Positions 51,550-60,054 of a DNA stretch of 64,000 nt are shown one piece after another; positions within the stretch are counted from its first letter, which is position 1, and each line of letters opens with the position of its first letter. The translations under genes were made by a program, and so were the position numbers. The notes under the pieces were generated by a model. It was given only the letters and a program-made list of their open reading frames with translations, had not been told where the DNA came from and searched no databases. This stretch comes from Lingula anatina (taxonomy: Eukaryota > Animalia > Brachiopoda). Location: NCBI GenBank assembly GCA_051362555.1, contig CM120640.1:3224001-3288000 (forward strand), written 5' to 3'.

Positions 51550-53054
51550 CATCCCTGGGGCCCTTCTAAATATGTCCTCATATTTACCATTAAATTACAA
51601 GTACTCTAGGTTTTATACACACCAATTACATGTACACATTATCTATTTGTTTTGACTATGTACAACTAAATTTACATCAAACACAAGCAATAATTATAAA
51701 GACATAATATGACATGGTATTTTCTCACTTCAAATTGAAATAAATATGTAAAATAATATTTCTATATCAGTATGACAACTCATTTATGTTTACACAAAAG
51801 ATAACTTCTAAACAGCTACATTCTATTTGATTTTACATTTTTCCTTTATGTAAGTACAGTTCTTTTGGTAAAGTGGGAACCTTATTTGTCCAGCTACTAC
51901 CATTAATATTCATAGGGTGCACAGTAATAATATCAATGAACTCGTTGTTTGTTTCCATTATGTTTAAGTATTACTATTTGTTGATACGTTTTCTCTAGCA
52001 ATATCCATTAGGGCTTTTAACTGATGCATATACATTGCTCCCTGGACTGATCCCTGTCAGACCAAGACTCTAGAAGATTTTCTAACATTTTTACTTTGAA
52101 CATCCATTAAAAGCATCCACTATAAGTGCGATGACAAAGTAGGAAGGTACAGACATTGTGTTTATGGTAAATGTAAGACCTAAGCCACGTTGGTAAAAAC
52201 TGACAAATCCCATAAAGACTAAGAAGGTCAAGGAAAAACAAAAGTTGGTGGAAGTTGGTGGTATAAGTACAAAATATACTGAACCTTTTGTAGTATGTAC
52301 AAATGAGGATTGGGGGTTTGCTGAAAGGTATGACCATAAAAATAAAAATTAGAAAACAACATTTACTATAAACTGTTTTATTCAAAGTGCTGGCATACAA
52401 TGTATACAATTGTGGCGGTTTTTTTTGTTATTATTTCATTTTTGAAGCTTTTGATTTGCATTTTATTTTATTTGACGTTAATATATTTTTCCTGCCTTTT
52501 TTTTCTATTTAGCATTTGCTTCCTCGATATTTCTTCCAGTTATGGTAATTCATTCAATTTGTTCCTTTGTGCTGATACTGATATTTTACGTTTGTGATTT
52601 TCTAAAATAACTCCATTCATCCAATGCACTGTGTAGCTTTCACAGACACTAACGTCATATTTTGTGATGCTTACCAGCAGGCTGCTTACAACAGTATTTG
52701 TTAAATTTTACTATGTGTTGTTCTTGGATGGACTGTTTCCCAACTTCACAACTACTTACTTTGGTACCCAAGAAATTAAAGATGGAAGTACAGGTTGTGC
52801 ACAGCCTCATACAATGCAGAAAGTGCCTGCACCTCTGATTGCATTCAGCAAAAGATGTAAAGAAGAGGGTATAGATGGTACCTTAGTTTGTTGTTGTTAG
52901 GTTAGGTTGTAGTCTTGAAGTTTGCACAAGTGCGCATCTTGTGCATTTTTGCATTGCCCTTTTTAGTTTCTTATTATTATTTTGCTGCATCTTTAAACAC
53001 TATGCACATCTAATTCAACACACTTTTTATCTGTCATTTGTTTGTTACTACATT

Positions 53055-56000
53055 TTAATTCTGATATCGTACTATTGGTGGTCTTTTTCTTTTCCTTCCC
53101 GCATGGGTTTTTGTGCTATGGAATTCTTTCTTGAATCTTTCTGGTATGTCATCAGCCAGTACACCTTTTACGATTGATTTTTCATTTGCAAACTTAACAT
53201 TGTACTGATACTGTTTATATTTGGCATTCCATGAGCATTTGACAAGCTTTTCTATTTGTCGGACTGGGTCATCTTCTTCCTCATTCACCACATTTTGCTG
53301 TGTCAATGTAACGGGCGTAGTTGTTTGGCCTGAAATGCAACGTTGCCTTTGAGGTCTATTTTGCTGAGGGATGAAAGGTTCATGGTACTCTCTCAGGTTA
53401 TTTGCATGGACAGGGCTTCTGTGCATTTCATTATTATCACATTTCCTGATTCTATATGTGACAGGCCCTACTCTTTGATGTATCCGATATGGTCCTTGCC
53501 ACTTTTTGTGAAGCTTGGAACTAAGACCAGGCGGAGGCTTTGGTACATTGAGGAGAACTTCATCACCTATTTGAAATGTTGGGTTTTTAGCTTTTTTATC
53601 GTAGTGCTTTTTGTTTGCTGTACTTGCCAATTCTTTGTTTTTCTTTGCTTGTTCTCTACCCCATTCTAGTGTTTCCAGGTGGTCTTGCACATACTCTCTG
53701 ATAGAATTTGGGAGCTTATCTTTCGGCGCCATTTTCACATCAAAAGGTGTTCTCATCTCTCTGCCGTGCAATAGAAAGTACGGTGAAAAGCCTGTTGCTA
53801 TTCCTGGTGTTTTTCGATATGCCATGAGAATTGCTGGGAGTACCGTTGGCCAGTTTGTTTGTTTCTTATCAGCATAAGATCGAAGAGCTTGGCCAATAAA
53901 ACCATTTGTCCTTTCACAAACAGCATTTGTTTGAGGGTGATAACTGCTCGTGAATACCTGTTTAACTTGAAAAAGATCACAAATCGCCTGAACCAATTTT
54001 GACCGAAAATTTTGACCTCTGTCTGAAATTAATGACCTTGGAGCACCATATCGAGTGAATACCTGATTGTAAAGGACTTCGGCAACCTCTTTTGCAGATT
54101 GAGTGCGCAATGGAAAGGCTTCTGGATATTTGGAAAATGATTCTACTGCAAGAAGGATGTACTGATATCCTTCTTCTGTTTTGGGGAGAGGCCCTAAGAT
54201 GTCAATGTGCCATCTTTCCATTACTTCTGTTACAGGTAGAGGTTGCAGTGGAGCAGGGTGTGCGTGATATTGTCTCTTTGACTTCTGACAGGTGTCACAT
54301 GATTGTATATACTGCTGTATGTCTTTGTACATACATGGCCAATAGTATTTTAGACGAATAGCACTATGAGTTCTGTTAAAACCCTGATGTGCTCCACCTG
54401 ATGGCGAGTTGTGATAGGCTTGTAAAAGCTCATTGCGATATTCTGGTGGCACTACTAGAAGGTGCCTTGTTCTGTTTCCACCTTTTCTTCTTTCTGCTCT
54501 GTCTTGATGAATGAAATGCAGTGTTCCTCCTTCGTCCAGAAAATAGTTCATTTTGTTTTTACTTTGATTATCAGTTCTAGGGTACTCTGTTGATTTGACA
54601 TCCTCTATAATTTTTCTTATCTCTGGGCAGTTACGCTGTGCCTGTCTGAGTTTGTCACCAACCTGTGCTGCAACTAGGGGAACATCATACTGATAAATAA
54701 ATGTTGTTTCTTTTGACTTTCGGAGATCATTACTTGTTTCTGCAACTGCTATGTCTGCTTCATGAAATTTGTCTTCGATGTCCTCTTCATTGATGTTTTC
54801 CTGATACTCTTGCCTTGAGAGACAGTCTGTTGGATTTGTTTTTCCCTTGGTGTACTCAATCTTGAAATCATAGGGTTGAAGGTAAAGACTCCATCTTTTT
54901 AGTTTTTCATTTGATGACTTTTTGCTGTGTAACCATGTTAGAGGTTGATGATCTGTATAGACTGTAAATTTGCGGTTTGATAAAAAATGGCTGTATGCTT
55001 TTATTCCTTCTACCAAGGCTAGGCATTCTAATTCTGAGGGACAGTAGGAACTTTCTTTTTCTTTCCTCGTGAGAGCACGGCCTCCATAAGAAATGGCATG
55101 TTCTTTGTTGTTTTCATCCTTTTGACTTAGCATATAGCCGATTGCTGTTTTTGAAGCATCAGTGGTTAATATAAATGGCTTTGACAAGTCAGGAAATGCA
55201 AGGATTGGAGTAGAAGTGAGCGCTTGTTTTAGAAACTGAAATGCAACTTCACATTCATTTGTCCACTGGAAACGTTTGCCTTTGTGTGTTAATGCATGGA
55301 GGGGTGCTGCTAATTTGGAATAATTTTTAACAAATTTTCTGTAGTAATTTGTGAGGCCTAAAAAACTGCGAACTTGAGTGGCTGTTTTAGGGGTTGAAAA
55401 TGATTTGACTGCTTGAATTTTCTGTTGATCTACTTCTATGCCCTCCTTTGATAGAACATGGCCCAAAAAGTGGATTTTCTTGCAGGCAAATTTGCATTTT
55501 GTTGGTTTTAGGGTCAAATTTGCAGTCTGAAGCTTTTTGAATATAAGCTCTAAATGGTGAAGGTGTTCAGTAAATGTTTTGCTGTATACCAGGATGTCGT
55601 CGATGTAGACTAAAGCAATTTTCCAGTTTAGATCTTGTAACACTTGGGACATAATTTGTTGATAGGTAGTACCGGCGTTCCGAAGCCCAAACGGCATGCG
55701 TTTGAATTGGAATTGACCGTGGTGTGTGACAAACGATGTTTTCTCCTTAGTTTCCGGATCGAGTGGTATTTGCCAGTAGCCTGAGGCCATATCAAGAGAG
55801 GAATAGAATTTTGCTTGAGCTTCTCCAACTGTCTCGTGAATATCTTCCATACGGGGTAGTGGCCAATTTATAGGGTGTGTGACATTGTTCAACTTTCTGT
55901 AATCCACAGCAAACCTGTATGTACCGTCCTTCTTCTGAACTAAAACTACTGGTGCAGCCCACTGTGATGTTGATGGCTCTATGATATCATTTTCAAGCAT

Positions 56001-57224
56001 GAGTTTTGTTTGCTTAACCGTCTCTTCTCTCTTGTCTTGAGTTTGTCGGTAGAACCTTTGGCGTTGTGGAAGTGCATCACCTGTTATGATTTTGTGCGGA
56101 TGTACATCGACTGCTTTACCTAGCTCAGAGAGGTCTGTTGCAAAGACAGAGCGATATTCACCTATCAGGGCTAAAAGCTGTTGCTTTTGGTAGTCATCTA
56201 AATCTGCATCTTCTAAGTTGATTCCCATGTTTTGTGCTATTTTTATTTTCCCTTCCTCAAGGTGCATGTTTTGTTGAGTTTGGTGGTTTTGACCCATTTC
56301 TGTTTCCATGAAGTCTGCTACATTAACCAATATTTTATCCAACCTTTCTATTTCTACTTTTTCATCAGTTTTGGCTTTCTTTCCAGTACTTTTTAACAAA
56401 CTTTGATTATCTGTGAGTTTTGATTTTGTGTTAGCTAGAGTTTTTTCTTCTAACTCTCTGTCTAGCTCTTCTGTTTCCTCAAAATTGAAAATATTATCAT
56501 TTTCTATTGTGAACCCCTTTGCTAGTACAGTATTACCTGAAATTTTCATTGTCGTGTTTGTTGGATTGTAAACTGAGCATTTGACTCTACCATTATCCAT
56601 TGCGGAGATACATCTTGATATTAAATACTTGTTCCCTACAGGTTCCAGTAATACTGATGGACAACTCACATGCTTATGTCTGGACATTTTGAGGTTAACT
56701 GTTGTAATGGTTCTAGGGGGTATAGTGACATCAGACATAGTTCTAGCCAGACCAAAGTGGTTTGGCTGGTGAGTGTGGACAGAAGATTTCCCTTTGAAGA
56801 TTAAAAGATTTGAGTCTAAGTCTAAAACAGCAGAGTTGGCACTTAAGAAATCAACACCTAGGATAATGTTTCTTGGTAATGTTTCAAAAATGTGAAACTT
56901 GTGTTGGAAACTTTGTCCATCTATTGACAGAGAAAGAGTGACTGAGCCCAGAATCCTATATTTTTCTCCGCCCACACCACTGATAACCCTAAAGGTAGAG
57001 GGTTGATACACTTTAAGCTCTGGGAGGACTTTGGATAGAAAATGTTTTGAGACAACAGAAACAGATGCACCAGTATCTACAAGAGCCAATGTTTGGACTT
57101 TGTTAATTACCACCTGCACCAAATTATGATGCAATGGATTTGCTTTTAATAAGGCTGATATATCTAAAGTTTGGTCCGAAATAAATTTTGAGTTCACTGA
57201 TTGTTTACTACTGTGCGCGTACCC
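53055..57224 (-). CDS. pol: Gypsy Pol (protease, RT, RNase H, integrase, chromodomain-like tail); frame open directly after the gag UAG
   Basis: LVDTGAS and ILGVDFL (PR), YRFAVDYRKLN, LDMASGYWQI, MPFGL, YIDDIL (RT), TDAS/ELE/YTDH (RNase H), HHCC, HIDILGP, ISDRG, YHPQTNAVCER, WQGPY (integrase). No ATG before the protease. Confidence 0.95.
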   Translation of the reverse strand, partial: GYAHSSKQSVNSKFISDQTLDISALLKANPLHHNLVQVVINKVQTLALVDTGASVSVVSKHFLSKVLPELKVYQPSTFRVISGVGGEKYRILGSVTLSLSIDGQSFQHKFHIFETLPRNIILGVDFLSANSAVLDLDSNLLIFKGKSSVHTHQPNHFGLARTMSDVTIPPRTITTVNLKMSRHKHVSCPSVLLEPVGNKYLISRCISAMDNGRVKCSVYNPTNTTMKISGNTVLAKGFTIENDNIFNFEETEELDRELEEKTLANTKSKLTDNQSLLKSTGKKAKTDEKVEIERLDKILVNVADFMETEMGQNHQTQQNMHLEEGKIKIAQNMGINLEDADLDDYQKQQLLALIGEYRSVFATDLSELGKAVDVHPHKIITGDALPQRQRFYRQTQDKREETVKQTKLMLENDIIEPSTSQWAAPVVLVQKKDGTYRFAVDYRKLNNVTHPINWPLPRMEDIHETVGEAQAKFYSSLDMASGYWQIPLDPETKEKTSFVTHHGQFQFKRMPFGLRNAGTTYQQIMSQVLQDLNWKIALVYIDDILVYSKTFTEHLHHLELIFKKLQTANLTLKPTKCKFACKKIHFLGHVLSKEGIEVDQQKIQAVKSFSTPKTATQVRSFLGLTNYYRKFVKNYSKLAAPLHALTHKGKRFQWTNECEVAFQFLKQALTSTPILAFPDLSKPFILTTDASKTAIGYMLSQKDENNKEHAISYGGRALTRKEKESSYCPSELECLALVEGIKAYSHFLSNRKFTVYTDHQPLTWLHSKKSSNEKLKRWSLYLQPYDFKIEYTKGKTNPTDCLSRQEYQENINEEDIEDKFHEADIAVAETSNDLRKSKETTFIYQYDVPLVAAQVGDKLRQAQRNCPEIRKIIEDVKSTEYPRTDNQSKNKMNYFLDEGGTLHFIHQDRAERRKGGNRTRHLLVVPPEYRNELLQAYHNSPSGGAHQGFNRTHSAIRLKYYWPCMYKDIQQYIQSCDTCQKSKRQYHAHPAPLQPLPVTEVMERWHIDILGPLPKTEEGYQYILLAVESFSKYPEAFPLRTQSAKEVAEVLYNQVFTRYGAPRSLISDRGQNFRSKLVQAICDLFQVKQVFTSSYHPQTNAVCERTNGFIGQALRSYADKKQTNWPTVLPAILMAYRKTPGIATGFSPYFLLHGREMRTPFDVKMAPKDKLPNSIREYVQDHLETLEWGREQAKKNKELASTANKKHYDKKAKNPTFQIGDEVLLNVPKPPPGLSSKLHKKWQGPYRIHQRVGPVTYRIRKCDNNEMHRSPVHANNLREYHEPFIPQQNRPQRQRCISGQTTTPVTLTQQNVVNEEEDDPVRQIEKLVKCSWNAKYKQYQYNVKFANEKSIVKGVLADDIPERFKKEFHSTKTHAGRKRKRPPIVRYQN

Positions 57225-58286
57225 CTATTGTACTTTGCTTTTACACACAACTTGTAAATGATTGAATTTGCCACATTGGTGACATTGTCTACCTATTGCT
57301 GGACACTTATGTTTAGTTGGTTCCCACTTACCACATTTTTCACATTTGTTCAGTTTGTGTTTCGGTGGTGCTGTGTTTCTTTGTTGACGGCTGTATGGCG
57401 TGCAGGGCTGTTTTCTATACCGCTGTCGTCCACGATGCTGGTACTCATGTAGAGGTGCGGAATGGAACTGTTGAATATTTGGGTCCACAAACTGCTGGGC
57501 TGGATCCCTGAACTGTTGGGTTGGGTCCGTGAACCGCTGGGCTGAATATATGGACTGCTGGACTGGGTATATAAACTGTGGGGCTGGGTTTATGTACTGC
57601 TGAGTTGGGTACAGCTGAATTGATTGATGAGACCGCTGGACTGGGTGGGAGGGAATGGTTCCCACTGTTGTTTCTTTGCCCACTGGGTTTTCATACGAGT
57701 TTGTGGCCAGTAGAGATGCTTCCACTAGTGCAGCTGCCTCTTCAAGTGCCTGTAGTGAGTTGGGCTGCTTCTGCATAACGAATGTTCTGATTTCCGGTAG
57801 TAAGGTATTCACTACAGCAGATAAGGTTTCCATTTCTGTCATATTGGCTTGTGTGGCTAAAGTTCTTTTCCTGGTAATAAAGTCTAAGACTTTTTCATGT
57901 GGTTCTTGTTTTATTCTGAATACTGCTGAATGTTTGTCATAAGCAAAAGGGTGTGACGAGAATCTTGTCAGGAATGCTTTTTCTAAATCCTGATAATTGT
58001 TTTGAACGTCATGTAACAATTGTTCATACCATTCTTCTGCTATTCCTTGTAAAAACAGTGGGAAGTGGTTGAGTTTTGTTTGTTCATCCCATAACCTTGC
58101 TTTGCAGAATCTGTTGTACCGTGTTATCCACCTCGCTGGATCTTCTTTTCCTGTAAAATGTTGTATGCTCACTCCTTGTGGTATTGCTGGCACCTTCATG
58201 CTGTTTTGTTGGTCATTTAACCTTTGGAGGTTGTGTACTTGGGGATCAGCTTCTGGTTGAGGTCCTTCTCTAGCTGAGTGTTCCAT
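57225..58286 (-). CDS. gag: Gypsy Gag, 353 aa
   Basis: FTGKEDPARWI, LQGIAEEWY, IKQEPHEKVLDF capsid-like motifs; C-terminal CX2CX4HX4C knuckle CHQCGKFNHLQVVC. Confidence 0.9.
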   Translation of the reverse strand: MEHSAREGPQPEADPQVHNLQRLNDQQNSMKVPAIPQGVSIQHFTGKEDPARWITRYNRFCKARLWDEQTKLNHFPLFLQGIAEEWYEQLLHDVQNNYQDLEKAFLTRFSSHPFAYDKHSAVFRIKQEPHEKVLDFITRKRTLATQANMTEMETLSAVVNTLLPEIRTFVMQKQPNSLQALEEAAALVEASLLATNSYENPVGKETTVGTIPSHPVQRSHQSIQLYPTQQYINPAPQFIYPVQQSIYSAQRFTDPTQQFRDPAQQFVDPNIQQFHSAPLHEYQHRGRQRYRKQPCTPYSRQQRNTAPPKHKLNKCEKCGKWEPTKHKCPAIGRQCHQCGKFNHLQVVCKSKVQ

Positions 58287-58384
58287 TTTTGTTGGTACTT
58301 GTAATTCTGAATGCTGGGGTAGCTAGCTGTTGCTGTAGATTTTCATTCGCTTGGCATTTTAGTGAGAGGAACTTGGGGATCGCA

Positions 58385-58397
58385 GGTATCTCCACCA
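58385..58397 (-). other. Primer-binding site TGGTGGAGATACC, complementary to the tRNA-Ala 3' end
   Basis: Starts 2 nt inside the 5' LTR boundary; plus strand reads GGTATCTCCACCA versus tRNA-Ala 3' end ...GGCATCTCCACCA (from memory). Confidence 0.7.
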
Positions 58398-58399
58398 CC

Positions 58400-59003
58400 T
58401 AACATAACGTCATGTTCCGCTTTCTAGAGATCAGCATGCAGTGTCCTCTCTCTGAGTACTGACTACTGACTTCTACCTTTATTTCTATCTTTATATACCT
58501 TCACATATATAATTACATTACATTGGCTTCCCAGCCAGGTGGGTTGCCAGAGTGGTCACTTTAATTCAATTACACATGCAATAGGGAAGACTTCCAGACT
58601 GAGCACTAAATGGCTTCTACTAGTGGACAATAGGTTGATAACTTAAACTGATTGATCAAGGTGAATAATATAGTTACAAGGCAGAGGACCATTCCTAAAT
58701 ACATTTGAGGTGGATGTATTTGTTAATCAAAGATATGGCTTCTTGTTTAATTGAGTTACCTAGTGTGACGTAGAACAGACTTCTTTAAACTTGACCTGTA
58801 AACTGATTATATAAGTATACATCCTAAAAACATTTAACCCGTACATCTATATAATTCGGGACACATAATGTTATATAACAACCTTATAAACTTCTGGAAA
58901 TTAGACTGAATGTAATGGAATTGATCATATTTATAGTTGCTATTTCAATGAAAAGTTGAGAAAACCGAAAATTCATTTAAGGCATTAAATTACAAGTATG
59001 ACA
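58400..59003 (-). repeat. 5' LTR (604 bp)
   Basis: Direct repeat of 50946-51549, adjacent to the PBS. Confidence 0.95.
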
Positions 59004-60054
59004 AGGACATCAGGATAGTAACCAACACCTTTATATAAATTACAAATGGGTTTTCTGAGTGGTAAGAGTGGCTCGGGTTCATTGTCTGGATTCAGTTACA
59101 GTTCAGGTTGTGTTAGGTGTGAAGTTGCTAATTCTGCTGGGAGCAATGGTGCTGATTGTGTCAGTTATGGTGCAACAAATTCCTGCCAAAATTGGGGATG
59201 AATATATTTAATTAAGGGCCATGAAATAATGTCCAACAGAAGCAAACTTGGTAGGAGTATTACTATGTAGATTATTTATCCAGTTGTTTTTTTAGAAAAA
59301 TAAATTTAAATCTGCTACTACATTTACAATATAGTCTTGTTAACGCTGTTGCGACTCCCACTCAGACTTCAGCTGGTCTACTAAGCATGCAAATGGAACT
59401 ATTCTCAGTCTTGCTAATCTGAAGAGTCATTTGATCTTATTACATTTCACTCTAAAAATGAAGGCACTGTTATAATGTTTCAAACAATTTTCAGCATTTT
59501 TCCTCTTGGTGGCATTCTCAGAAAAGTTTTAATTTAAAAAGTGATTTTTTGACAGAAGAAAGTACACATTCATCCTTGGTAGATTGTTTAAAGGGTTTCC
59601 AGTTCTTCCAGTAAGCACGGTGTGTCAATTTACATACTTCAGTATCCAATTCAATTCAACAAAACTAAACAAATGACGCATTTATTACAATATAACAAAC
59701 ATTAATACTGTACTTTAGTTAACATCTTATATCCCTGTGTATAAAAAGGATAAACAATCTTTTTAAAAACCTAAAAATTGATGTTATCTAAAGCAATGCT
59801 TTTACCAGATCCCTCAAAATGAAATTAATTTTGACCAAACTGTTGTGCAAAAAGGAAACAGTAAGGTCCTTTAATTGTGTGCAAATAATATCACTTTTCA
59901 AATAGTGTGTATAGAAATTAAAAACAATCTGTTTTCTGTTATGTGTCCTTGCCCAGCATGTCAATATTATTTTTTCAGGCACCATCAAAAGTCAAGTCGG
60001 TGAGGCTGAATGTTTTCACAAAAGTTGGTGCAGTTTTTTAAGTGATGGGAGTAT

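Larger units (their letters stand above)
50946..59003 (-). mobile_element. Full-length Ty3/Gypsy LTR retrotransposon (8058 bp), AGGA TSD
   Basis: Two 604-bp direct repeats, AGGA at 50942-50945 and 59004-59007, gag and pol in PR-RT-RH-IN order. Confidence 0.97.

Noticed and set aside
50946-53054. Hammerhead ribozyme in the LTR or 3' region
   Set aside because: No CUGAnGA...GAAA core with flanking stems found by eye on either strand; a covariance search would be needed to exclude it.
52400-53177. Hydrophobic plus-strand ORFs as env or antisense genes
   Set aside because: Short, derived from T-rich antisense of an A-rich strand, no env motifs.
57195-57197. Pol start as given by the ORF track (GTG at 57197)
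   Set aside because: Artefact of allowing alternative starts; the frame is open from 57224, directly after the gag stop.
58360-58397. tRNA gene
   Set aside because: Only ~13 nt match a tRNA 3' end including CCA, which is the PBS; no cloverleaf.
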